From assembly GCF_036588685.1 (NCBI RefSeq), contig NC_086380.1, positions 50,220,001 through 50,284,000 of the forward strand: DNA of 64,000 nucleotides, given 5' to 3'. The DNA is from Mytilus trossulus (taxonomy: Eukaryota). Shown one piece after another: positions 1-12,535 of this stretch. Each line of letters begins with the position of its first letter. Position 1 is the stretch's first letter. The position numbers and the translations under genes are program-made. The notes beneath the pieces were generated by a model. That model had not been told where the DNA came from. It was given only the letters and a program-made list of their open reading frames with translations, and made no database searches.

Positions 1-1285
1 TGCACAATACTGTGCAATTGAAAAGACTTGCTATTGCACAATACTTAATATAATAATTTTAGATCCTGATTTGGACCAACTTGAAAACTGGGCCCATAAT
101 CAAAAATCTAAGTACATGTTTAGATTCAGCATATCAAAGAGGCTAAGAATTTAATTTTTGTTTAAATCAAACTTAGTTTAATTATGGACCCTTTGGACCT
201 TAATGTAGGCCAATTTAAAAACGAGACCAAAAATGAAGAATGTACATACACAGTTAGATTTGGCATATCAACGAACCCCATTTATTCAATTTTTGATGAA
301 ATCAAATAATGTATAATTTTGGACCCAGATTTGGACCAACTTGAAAACTGGGCCAATAATCAGGACTCTAAGTACATTTTTAGATTCAACATATCAAAGA
401 ACCCAACCGATTCATTTTTTGTCAAAATCAAACTAAGTTTAATTTTGGACCCTTTGGACCTTAATGTAGACCAATTTGAAAACATAACTAAAAGTTAAGA
501 ATCTACATACACAGTTAGATTCGGCTAATCAAAGAACCCCAATTATTCAATTTTGATGAAATCAAACAAAGTTTAATTTTGGACCCTTTGGGCCCCTTTT
601 TCATAAACTGTTGGGACCAAAACTCCCAAAATCAATACCAACCTTCCTTTTATGGTCATAAACCTTGTGTTTAAATTTCATAGATTTCTATTTACTTATA
701 CTAACGTTATGGTGCGAAAACCAAGAAAAATGCTTATTTGGGTCCCTTTTTGGCCCCTAATTCCTAAACTGTTGGGACCTAAACTCCCAAAATCAATACC
801 AACCTTCCTTTTGTGGTCATAAACATTGTGTTTAAATTTCATTGATTTCAATTTACTTAAACCAAAGTTATTGTGCGAAAACCAAGAATAATGCTTTTTT
901 GGGCCCTTTTTTCGCCCCTAATTCCTAAACTGTTGAAACCAAAACTCCCAAAATCAATCCCAACCTTTCTTTTGTGGTCATAAACCTTGTTTCAAAATTT
1001 CATAGATTTCTATTAACTTAAACTAAAGTTATAGTGCGAAAACCAAGAAAATGCTTATTTGGTCCCTTTTTGGCCCCTAATTCCTAAAATGTTGGGACCA
1101 AAACTCCCAAAATCAATACCAACCTTCCTTTTATGGTCATATACCTTGTATTAAAATTTCATAGATTTCTATTCACTTTTACTAAAGTTAGAGTGCGAAA
1201 ACTAAAAGTATACGGACGCCGACGACGCCAACGTGATAGCAATATACGACGAAATTTTTTTCAAAATTTGCGGTCGTATAAAAAT
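1..1285 (-). mobile_element. Helentron-associated (HINE/pearl-like) non-autonomous element, cut by window edge
   Basis: About 130-bp and 158-bp internal tandem arrays, (GAC)n microsatellite, terminal TATACGAC...GTCGTATA hairpin next to an A run; second copy at 6081-7706. Confidence 0.75.
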
Positions 1286-3171
1286 TAATTTATTTCATGA
1301 AGTTTCTTAACATTTTTCAAAAGTTCCAAGAAATAAGTATGAAAAGCAACAGTTAAAAATTTAAATGATTAATGTTACTTTAAATTCATTATTATCCCTT
1401 GGATAACAATTTTCATGTGTTTCATGGTTACAGGTATGCCACAAATTCAAATATTCTACGAATTACAAATTGTGTAATAGCTTTGTATGCAGAGATTGGA
1501 AAAAAAAACATGAAATCAAATCTCCAGGAAATTGCAAATCTTTTCTAAATCTATGAAAATTGGTACCCACAAAAATAAATTAATACTTAAAACAGTATTA
1601 ACTAGTATTCTGTGAGTATTGCATGGCAATACATATTTCCCTTACAGTTATAAAAATTCATTGTATTGGAACGAAATTCTAACTTGATCTATAACTTGTC
1701 ATGGTGAAAAAAAATAACAAAAATCAAGTCAATATCTTCAAGCATCATGACAAATAAAATTGTGGTAAACTGATTATATGAGTGAATTTTTTAAGTCCAA
1801 GGATCATATTAAACTTTGCATGAAATCATCAGACCAGAACAAAATTCAAACTTGAACTGTAACATATCATGATAAAACTTTATCCCTATTATCAAATTAA
1901 GTATTCAAAAACGACAAAAAAAGTTTTCGTATGCATTATTTCAAGTGATATATCTATGAATAAACAGGGATTGACTTTGCTGTGAGGAATAAAAGGGTCT
2001 CTTGACTCATCATAATTCTATTGTTGGCCTCCATGCTTGATATTTGATCAATGTTTAGGTGTACCAGGTTCCACACTATCAAATGGCTCCTGGTAATATT
2101 TGTAAAGATCTAGGCTCGAAAGGAACCTGTTATTACCCATTAAATATTCTGATAAGTATTAGTTTTTAAAAGTCTTGATAGCATTAGCAGCTATCAAACT
2201 CAAGACATTTTTGCTGGGGTTTGTATTATTACTTTGTGTTGAGCTTTCCATCATTCTTTAAATGCTAAATGTTTACAATTCACGAAAAATATATCTCTTT
2301 TATATAAAACTCTATAAATAATTTGTTCCATTTTGTCTCAATGAAATACCATTTACAATCTCATTAGTGATTACAACACAAATATGCCTAAGATTTTAAA
2401 GTAAAACAAATATGTCACAGATTTTTAAGTAAAACAAATATGTCACAGATTTTAAAGTAAAACAAACCAAAACAGCAATAATTTATTTTGCGTTAAAGTA
2501 CATTGCCTGAAGATGATGATTTTAATGAGAATCAGTGCAATCTATCTACAGCTGTAGGATGTATCTATCAAATAACAAATCATTTTCTTTATTACTCCAT
2601 GTAAAGACAAACATCTGCTATTCCACTAGATTATTATTGAACATTGCAGTAAAACCCAAATGTGGTCATTTAACTCTTAGTTCTGAGTTCTTCACTCAAC
2701 ATTGAAAGCTTTGTTTGTACACTTGTATATAGGATTGGCTATCAGGGGCGGATCCAGGATTTCAAGTTAGGGGGGGCGCAAAGTTTTTATATTCGCGGAG
2801 CGAGGCGAGGCGAAAAATTTTTGGAGGTAAAATTATTCAAAAACTTTCTCAAGAGGGTGCAATGTAGATATCTCAAATTATTGTTTGGTAAAACAAGGGA
2901 GAAATTAAAGTTTCAAGCTGAAACCGCATAAATCCTCCCCTAACAACAACTTACAATCGCCATATTTAACACGAAATCTTTTAGGTTCCATTCATTGAGA
3001 CTATCCCATATATTTCCCAGTAAACCGGACTGAAGACAATAAGGATAGAGACAGAACTCAGTCCGGAATTCACAAGCTGATCCTCCATATAAAAAATATA
3101 GCGATGTTATGTCAACGTTTGCTGGGAAAACTTGTGTTGCATTCATATTAATCAATCGAATATCTTCAGGG

Positions 3172-3460
3172 GGGAAACAATAACGATTTTATTAGATTTG
3201 TATGTGTCCTATTGGTTTCTCCGTACCAAATATCAAGTGACTGACTGGCGGATTGACGGACAGAGCGGAAACAATAACGATTTTATTAGATTTGTATGTG
3301 TCCTATTGGTTTCTCCGTACCAAATATCAAGTGACTGACTGGCGGATTGACGGACAGAGGGGAAACAATAACGATTTTATTAGATTTGTTTGCATCCTAT
3401 TGGTTTCTCCGTACCAAATATCAAGTGACTGACTGGCGGATTGACGGACAGAGGTAAAAC
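3172..3460. repeat. 94-bp tandem repeat, three copies, inside the hAT-like element
   Basis: AAACAATAACGATTTT at 3175, 3269 and 3363; GACTGACT/GACGGACAG tract resembles HINE microsatellite ends. Confidence 0.85.
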
Positions 3461-3832
3461 AATATGTCCCTGGTCCATGAAGAACCTCCGAGTAGTGATG
3501 GCAAGGTCTCCTACAAATTGGAAAAATCTGCAACCATCTCCTAAAACCCACTAAGGAATTCATATTGCATATATGAGTTTATTAAGCTACAGTTATAAAG
3601 CTGCAGCCCTAAAACAGAAGCTGAAGATCATCATGTGAACATTTGATTTTTTATTTTGTGTTCCTATGCAAACCAATCTACAACCAAGACACCCGCACTT
3701 CTTGTGAAATTATCTATATAGCAATATCGGGTAATATCTTAACTAAACCTTGAAAGACAATGTGCGAGTAGTTGTAACATAAAGAAATACAGGAACACCA
3801 CAAAAAAGACTTGTTTTGCACATCGTCAATGT

Positions 3833-3888
3833 GTCTACATAAGACTCATCAGTGACGCTCAGATCAAAATAGTTATATTAGCCAAACA
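3833..3888 (-). mobile_element. Truncated retrozyme-like copy with only the 5' half of the hammerhead
   Basis: GAGCGTCA CTGATGA GTCTTATGTAGAC present; GAAA missing. Confidence 0.7.
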
Positions 3889-5280
3889 TTTTATTTGTCA
3901 AAAAACGCAACTCCGCATTTGACACCTTCCATTGAAGTATACAATATTCATAGAACTTAGAATTAAATAAATCTTAGGTAAGTTGATTCGTAATCACGCT
4001 TATCTAGTTAAACTGACTGTTTTATATACTTTGTTGGAATGGTCTCGTGTGATACTAAAAAAAGAGGAAGACAACCCATGCTTTGCAAATTTTAGGGGGG
4101 GGGGGGGGCGCACGCCCGCCACGCCCCCGCCTAAATCCGCCCCTGGCTATTTTAAAACTTGAATAACTATTCAGATTACATAATTACATTTTACAAGTAT
4201 TTAACATGTGCAGTTGAATTATTTTTGAAAATAATACTAATACATATTATCAATGAAAACAATGGCAATTGTATCCCTCAGAGCAATCTGCTTTTTGATT
4301 AAAACAATATTCTTTGAAAGTTGGGTACATGTATACTATTCAGTGTTCCAGCTAGGCCGTTTTCAGAGGGCGTGGCGCCCTCCCTTTTCCGAGTGGCACC
4401 CTGTGCCCTTTTTACAGTTTCCAGGGCGCCCTGTCTTTTTTGAAGATCGATTGCACATAAAAATTTTCGTATATAATTGATATGATACTAAATTTTACCT
4501 GGGGAAAAGTTTGACTTTGTTTACGACCCCAAGCTAATCAACGGTTACAACTGGTGTCATAATCTGTTGTTATAGGTAATCCGTTTATCGGATGGGTCAT
4601 TAGTGATTATCAACATTAATATTCATTCAAATAGAATCGGTCAGTCGGCAATTATCTTTGAAGAAAATGGGCGTACAACAACTTGGGCACCATTTGGGCT
4701 CACGCTACCAGGTGACTTGGGCGAAGAAGTCGCTTTCCCGACCGTCACTTCGCTTTCCCCGACCCCCAAAAGCGAAGACAAGTTGCCCTGTTGTTTACGA
4801 TACTCGCTTTCAGTCGCTTCCGTCATCGGACATTTTCAATTTTTACCAAGTTGATGAAACATCAACTTTTTATAGGTAATTACAGCTAATACATTAATGC
4901 TAGCAAGACAAATCTTTGTTTGGCTTGCTTGCTTTGCTTGTATCAATGTTTGCCCAAGCATGACAATTAAGATAGGCGGGGCTTCAGCATGTATACATCA
5001 TACTTAAATTTTATTGGACGTTATGTTTGAAGTTAAGGACACTAAATTTTAAAACATCACAGTCAAGTTAACAAATATAAAGCGCAATAGTAGAAATGGA
5101 AGCCAATAAATTGTATTTGTTTTTTCTCGAAGATATGCATTTTCATCATCCAACTGAAAGACTGTCGTCAAGTACTTTTAGAAAAATAAAATAACTATTC
5201 GAACACACCTACTCTGATTTAGTGATTCATTACATAGGTATTTAATTTGACCCATATATGTCATCTTTTAGTACTGTTAT

Positions 5281-6077
5281 TTTTTTATGTTATAAAGTCG
5301 ACCTGTAGCTATGCTATATAAAAATGATAGAATCTGAAGCGAGATGATGTATCAAATGTTCTTTCTTTGTACGTTTTCAACACAAAATATTAATCTCAAA
5401 CACACCCTAACATAAGAAGGTGCACTTGATTTTCTAATTAAAGGGATAACTTAAGTAGGGGGTTGACTTAATGTATCCCTTTTATTTATTATGTCTATTG
5501 TTATGGAATATTGCGCACTTTTGATTAATTTTGCTTGTAAACCTTCAAACTGATTATTCTTTGTTTATAGAGAAGGCGATAAGTGCTTTCTGTTATGTTT
5601 ACTTTAGTAAGAATTTTTTTAAAAGTGAATAGAAACAAATAAAATAACAATTTTCTTCTCAAATACGAGTGTTTTATTGTAAAAAACAACCATTTGCATA
5701 AGTTTTTAATTAATCTATTACATAGTTAAGTAGAACAGTTAGATATCAAGTCGACGACATGGTTATCTATCAAGTTGGATGAAGAAAATTCTTCCCTTTT
5801 TTTTTTAATTAATACAGACGGAGAACATATCAATCTATAAGTTTACTTATTTCCGTGTCTTTCCTTCCAATACGTGACTCAAGAAAAAAAATCAAAAAAT
5901 TGGAAACAATTGTATCAAAAAGAGAAAATCGAGCAAACCTCCTTATGTTAGGGTGTGTTTGAGATGAATAATTTGTCCTAAAAACGCACAAAGGAAGAAC
6001 ATTTGATACATCATCTCGCTTCAGATTCTATCATTTTTATATAGCAAAGCTACAGGTTGACTTTATAACATAAAAAA
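5281..6077. mobile_element. Foldback/MITE-like element with about 140-bp inverted arms
   Basis: 5281-5420 is the reverse complement of 5940-6077 with scattered mismatches. Confidence 0.75.
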
Positions 6078-6080
6078 CAA

Positions 6081-7614
6081 AACTAATCTCAATTAAAATT
6101 TCTAATGGAGTTTGCAACAATTACTACTCATTTAAATACATCATAAAATGTTAAGATGTAAAAAAACTGCTTGTTATCACTGAATGGTAAAGATTATTTT
6201 CATTTATCAGTTGGTAGTAAAAAGTGAATGTATATAAAACAAAGATTTAAGTTGATTCTGGACAAAGAAAGATAACTCCAAATAAAAAAATTCTTACAAT
6301 TAGATATTTCTTACTAACTATTCTGGACAAAGAAAGATAACTCTAATTAAAAAAAAAATTGCTATTTCACAATATTTTGCAATAAGATATTTCTTGCCAT
6401 TGCGCAATACTGTGCAATTGAAAAGACTTGCTATTGCACAAAACTTAATATAATAATTTTAGATCCTGATTTGGACCAACTTGAAAACTGGGCCCATAAT
6501 CAAAAATCTAAGTACATGTTTGGATTCAGCATGTCAAAGAACCCCAAGATTTCAATTTTTGTTAAAATCAAACTAAGTTTAATTTTGGACCCTTTGGACT
6601 TTAATGTAGACCAATTTGAAAATAAGACCAAAAATGAGGAATCTACATACACAGTTAGATTTGGCATATCAAAGAACCCCATTTATTCAATTTTTGATGA
6701 AATCAAACAAAGTTTAATTTTGGCCCCCGATTTGGACCAACTTGAAAACTGGGCCGATAATCAAGAATCTAAGTACATTTTTAGATTCAGCATATCAAAG
6801 AACCCAACCGATTATTTTTTTGTCAAAATCAAACGAAGTTTAATTTTGGACCCTTTGGACCTTAATGTAGACCAATTTGAAAACGGGACCAAAAGTTAAA
6901 AATCTACATACACAGTTAGATTCGGCATATCAAAGAACCCCAATTATTCAATTTTGATGAAATCAAACAAAGTTTAATTTTGGACCCTTTGGGCCCCTTA
7001 TTCCTAAACTGTTGGGACCAAAACTCCCAAAATCATTACCAACCTTCCTTTTATGGTCGTAAACCTTGTGTTTAAATTTCATAGATTTCTATTTACTTAT
7101 ACTAAAGTTATGGTGCGAAAACCAAGAAAAATGCTTATTTGGGTCCCTTTTTGGCCCCTAATTCCTAAACTGTTGGGACCTCAACTCCCAAAATCAATAC
7201 CAACCTTCCTTTTGTGGTCATAAACATTGTGTTTAAATTTCATTATTTTCTTTTTACTTAAACTAAAGTTATTGTGCGAAAACCAAGAATAATGCTTATT
7301 TGGGCCCTTTTTTGGCCCCTAATTCCTACACTGTTGAAACCAAAACTCCTAAAAACAATCCCAACCTTTCTTTTGTGGTCATAAACATTGTTTCAAAATT
7401 TCATAGATTTCTATTAACTTAAACATAAGTTATAGTGCGAAAACCAAGAAAATGCTTATTTTGGCCCTTTTTGGCCCCTAATTCCTAAACTGTTGGGACC
7501 AAAACTTCCAAAATCAATACCAACCTTCCTTATGTGGTCATAAACCTTGTGATAAAATTTTATAGATTTATATTCACTTTTACTAAAGTTAGAGTGCGAA
7601 AACTAAAAGTATTC

Positions 7615-7645
<31 letters not shown>

Positions 7646-7706
7646 AACGCCAACGTGATAGCAATATACGACGAAAATTTTTTCAAAATTTGCGGTCGTA
7701 TAAAAA
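6081..7706 (-). mobile_element. Second copy of the HINE/pearl-like element
   Basis: 6401-7706 is collinear with 1-1285; longer (GAC)n tract at 7615-7645. Confidence 0.75.
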
Positions 7707-8583
7707 TTAATGCGTAGTCGTTTCATTTTTTTGGTTGTCTGTCTGGCGGAGAAAACCTACACAGATTTAAAGATTTGTATTTTTTTATAAGAATTCTAAT
7801 AAAATTGACATTTTTGTGTGTGCTTTTTTTGTAGGCGTAATCTTTTCCTAAGGAGGCGGAGCTTACTCGTGCAATATTGGTTAAAGTGTTGTTGGTTATT
7901 TCATGGCAGTTTTCCCATTGAGTTATATAGGCCCATGTGACCTTTCATGCAATATTATTTGGTTGCTTCAATTTAGAGCATACATTTTGGTACGTGCTTG
8001 TCGTCTCTGTGTTATTCCATAAAAAGATCAAAGGAAAAAAGATGATTCATGTTACAAATTTACTTATTGTATGTTATTTTTCGTTTCAATAGTTTTAATA
8101 TGTACCACCTTTGATAAGAATTTAGTATGACGATAAATTTTCACGACTGTTTTTACATACTATGAACAACAAATTTATATATTTGTAAAATTTATATTTC
8201 TATTCCCGTCAACAAACTTATTATATTCAGACTTGTGGACGTTATTATATGTAATGCCATTTTTTCGAAGGTTATAGTTCACATGTATTCGTTCATTGTA
8301 TGTTTACTTGTTTTTCTGAATATATTTTGTTTTAAAGTGAAGCTAGGTTACGGTGATGGTTAGCGCCGGTTTAAAACGTGGAAACCCGCTGAATTTATTT
8401 TTGCATCTATCCGAAGTCAGGAACCTGTGTCAGTGATTGTTGTTTGATGACGGGGTTCTTACGTGTATCTCATTCTCATTTTCCTTCTTAAATTGTTTTA
8501 CACTAGTCAGTTTCGGGCACTTCGTAGCTGGCTGTACGGTATGAGGCATGGCTTAATGATGAAGGTCGTACTTTGACCTATAA

Positions 8584-9565
8584 TTGTTTTCTTTTTACAT
8601 ATTCTGATTTTGATAGAAAGGTGTCTCGTTTGCACTCATACCATTTCTTCATATTTCTAATGAATCATTTTGCTAGAAAAGTAGTTAATATAAGTTTAAA
8701 TATTTAGCCAAACAATGAAAGCACCAAGCAATTAATAAGTAAAAAGGGGTGCACAGTCATGGTATGTAATCTTGATTTTCTTGTTTTCTTTTTACATATT
8801 CTGATTTTGATAGAAAGGTGTCTCGTTTGCACTCATACCATTTCTTCATATTTCTAATGAATCATTTTGCTAGAAAAGTAGTTAATACAAGTTAAAATAT
8901 TTAGCCAAACAATGAAAGCACCAAGCAATTAATAAGTAAAAAGGGGTGCACGGTCATGGTATGTAATCTTGATTTTCTTGTTTTCTTTTTACATATTCTG
9001 ATTTTGATAGAAAGGTGTCTCGTTTGCACTCATACCATTTCTACATATTTCTAATGAATCATTTTGCTAGAAAAGTAGTTAATATATAAGTTAAAATATT
9101 AAGCCAAACAATGAAAGCACCAAGCAATTAATAAGTAAAAAGGGGTGCACGGTCATGGTATGTAATCTTGATTTTCTTGTTTTCTTTTTACATATTCTGA
9201 TTTTGATAGAAAGGTGTCTCGTTTGCACTCATACCATTTCTTCATATTTCTAATGAATCATTTTGCTAGAAAAGTAGTTAAAATATTTAGCCAAACAATG
9301 AAAGCACCAAGCAATTAATAAGTAAAAAGGGGTGCACGGTCATGGTATGTAATCTTGATTTTCTTGTTTTCTTTTTACATATTCTGATTTTGATAGAAAG
9401 GTGTCTCGTTTGCACTCATACCATTTCTTCATATTTCTAATGAATCATTTTGCTAGAAAAGTAGTTAATATAAGTTAAAATATTTAGTCAAACAATGAAA
9501 GCACCAAGCAATTAATAAGTAAAAAGGGGTGCACGGTCATGGTATGAAATCTTGATTTTTCTTGT
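8584..9565. repeat. About 197-bp tandem repeat, five copies
   Basis: Unit starts at 8584, 8781, 8978, 9177 and 9364; near-identical. Confidence 0.95.
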
Positions 9566-10390
9566 TAACCGATTAATGAGATTTGAACATCTAGTATTGT
9601 ATTTTTTTTCTAACCAAAGTTTTGTAAACATTGTGTGTCGTTTGTTATAGTTTCTTTAACGTTACAGAAGTAGAAATAAATGCATCGTTTTATCAGGTGT
9701 TTACTGACCCTGTTTGAACTGTCAAAAATTTAACCAAACTTATTACACGGGAAAAAAGCTTCTGTAGAAAATGTTTTAGACAGGTTTGTACTATCAAACT
9801 TCCGGGAACCAGTATGCTCTTATATGCAATTAAAGGTTTGTTTATTTTTTCAGCACAAGTCAGGATAAGGTACAGTTTTGACATGAAATAACTGCCACTT
9901 AATTTAAATTTAAGACTAGTAGCCATTAATGCTTGACATTGCAGAATTTAACATAGAAGGCAAAGGGCTATGAATTAGTTGTTTTATACCTTCTGTCTGT
10001 CACAGTTATACAAAAAGAGACCACAGCTCCTACCTTTCCTATGATTCAAATGTGAACGGATACTGGTTGTATTGAAAATGGGGATGGTGCATGCTGTACA
10101 TGTAGTGGAATATGAAATACGTGTAATGAAAGATGGAAAACCGTGCATCGAGTGAGTGGGAAGTTTAAACTTTTTAGTATCTAAAATATATTGCTTATTT
10201 AATAATTGGTACATTCTTTACACATCGCTTGGTTTACGTGTATGATCTCTCTAATTGTTCGTTGATCTCAAGGCATTTCAGAGGATTTTACATATTTTAA
10301 TAAATGCAATACATATTAGGGTGTATGTTTTTGATTATTGTATGTTATGGTAAATTTAAATATTTTACATTGCCATAATGTTATACTTAC

Positions 10391-10912
10391 ATTCATTAGA
10401 AATTTCTCCCGTAGGATATTCCTTCAGTGGTTCATGAAAATCTCTACTACCGTCAAACATAATGACAAATGTCCCACCGTGCTGAACAAATAACTGATGC
10501 GTCATATCATACGATCGTTGACCACCAAAGTCAACCAGATCTGAAGGGGCAATCTTGATTTTGTATTGACCACTCTTAACTTCTTTCAAAATGTCTTCAT
10601 GTACAGCGTATGCTTCAATTTTCTTTGTTTTTGGCAGACTAATTGAAGGCGTGTTTTTTGTTTTAGATTTGACGGTTTTTGTACTCGGTAAATCTTTAGA
10701 TTTTGTTAAACAAGCATCGGATAGTTGAGAAACTTTGGAACTGTAGCTGGCTTCGTTCCTTATAGCCACTAAATTTAATTCCAGATTATCAGTTCCAATT
10801 GGTGATGGCGCAATGTGCTGGTCCAGGTGGGTATCAGAACTTTGACATGTGCTAGTTTCACGAGTTGGCTTTCCGATTATAACTTTCGTCAGTACATTTT
10901 GACCTCTGTCTT
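10391..10912 (-). CDS. ANK-Roc gene, Roc GTPase exon with long insert and G3 (...SDLVDFGGQRSYDMTHQLFVQHGGTFVIMFD...)
   Basis: 522 nt, TTTTTAG acceptor, GTAAGT donor, phase 1/1; overlaps ORF 10365-10769; DFGGQxxYxxTHQLF at about 10488-10532 is the ROCO-type G3 signature. Confidence 0.93.
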
Positions 10913-12280
10913 CTAAAAAACAGTTACTTTTTTATATAGAAAATTAGTAAACACGTTTGAACATTTATCTGAGAGAACCACATGTATAACGAGTAAAAAA
11001 CAAAAATAAATCGAGGCAGACTAAATACAAAGGACATGTTAAGGACATCGACAGATGGATGTAGGCAAGCAACACAATCAATCCTTTTATGTATCATATG
11101 TTTTAAGTTTTAAAAGTCTTTAACTCACATAGACCAATTAGTAAATTGTTTTAAATAGAGATCCGTTTTCAGCATTCATTAAGTCTTGGAGAAGACAACT
11201 GTCATAGTAAAAAAAGTAGTAAATAAATTGAATGAACCTTAATCGTTTCCTTGAAAAAGTTCTTTACCGCAAGATTTTGTTTTACATATGGACCATCACC
11301 TAGACAGGAAATCATCATGCGAGGCAAAATCACATCTCATCATATAATGTTATTGGACACCTTTTCATTTGATTTTTATAGACATAGGAAGATGTGGTGT
11401 GAGAGTGCCAATGAGACAAATCTCCATCCAAATAACAATTTAAAAATGTAAACCATTACATCTGTTTGGGTGGTTTCATTTACCAAAGCATGGATTTCGC
11501 CATTGCTTTATTTAAGTATACCAAGTGTATTACCAACTCCTTCTTAAACCCTTTTTAAATTGATTGAATCTCTCTTAAAATCTTAACCATAGTATGCAAT
11601 TGTGTACGTCCTTTTATTTTCAGTATAATTATATTCGAGGTTTCCTTTCGCATATCATATGCTTGTTTATATTTACATTTATATCTGCCTCATTAGCACC
11701 TAATTAGAATGTGATGAAATGTCCTCAGAATCTTCATACAAAGCCAAAGTGCACGTTTGAGTTTGTCCTTTTGTAGTTTTCCGTACCAAAACTTGAATTT
11801 TGCGAAGTGTAAGTTTCAAAAGTCACAGTTCCTCTTGTTATAGACGTGGTCGTTTATAAAATACGATTAGTTTATTAATTTTTCGACTCAGTTCTGATTA
11901 TTTGAATGATGAGTGCAGCATGATAAGTAGGAACTGCTTCACCCCTCGAAACCATAGAATTAAACCCGGTTTTAAGTCTTTACTTTCTTATGCAATGTTT
12001 TTCTATCATTTGTCGTTTTTTCAATTTCTTTTGCCCACATTGTGGTCGACTTCATTACTTAAACTGCTTGATTGCCTTTTTGGTACATAGTATATTCATT
12101 CAATCACTATCAGTTTGATAAATTGTACAACTATTTTTTTAATCGACAATAATAATACAGTTATTAAATTAATGTTTGACAACACAGTTTAAATACAGTC
12201 CGACTACTTAATGTTTTCTTTAAGTATGACACATGCGTATGCATCGTCAATCATTACGGTTTACAATTTTCAAACTTTAC

Positions 12281-12535
12281 CTCCTTGTAAGGGAACCATC
12301 TCAAACGTTTCCAAGTTGATACCGTTACGCCCAAAGTGTATGACTAATCCATCTGTTGATTGCCATGTACGCGGTATTGGGCTACCAATAAGAACACTTG
12401 CTAGGGTGGACTTTCCACATGCACAACTTCCACAAAGGAATACTCTATTTTCAAACGACTCATATGTGCCAGTGGATAGCAGTTTGAGAAATTCTTCAGA
12501 GGTGCCAGCAAAGGGAAATGCGTTATCAGGGTTTA
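12281..12535 (-). CDS. ANK-Roc gene, Roc GTPase exon with G1 and G2 (...YESFENRVFLCGSCACGKSTLASVLIG...TWQSTDGLVIHFG...)
   Basis: 255 nt, CTTTTAG acceptor, GTAAAG donor, phase 1/1; beta-strand plus GxxxxGKST at 12405-12440; STxG switch I. Confidence 0.92.

Larger units (their letters stand above)
2743..4145. mobile_element. Non-autonomous hAT-like DNA transposon
   Basis: TIR CAGGGGCGGAT / ATCCGCCCCTG with 5-bp TSD GCTAT (2738-2742 and 4146-4150). Confidence 0.8.

Noticed and set aside
560-1200. Regularly spaced repeats resembling a CRISPR array
   Set aside because: Whole units repeat with no unique spacers; eukaryotic context, no cas genes
4341-4880. GC-richer block starting CAGTGTT with three overlapping ORFs
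   Set aside because: Probably a DNA-transposon end, but no matching TIR or recognisable protein was found
6471-6899. 142-aa repetitive ORF
   Set aside because: Read-through of the internal tandem repeats of a HINE-like element; no sign of a real gene
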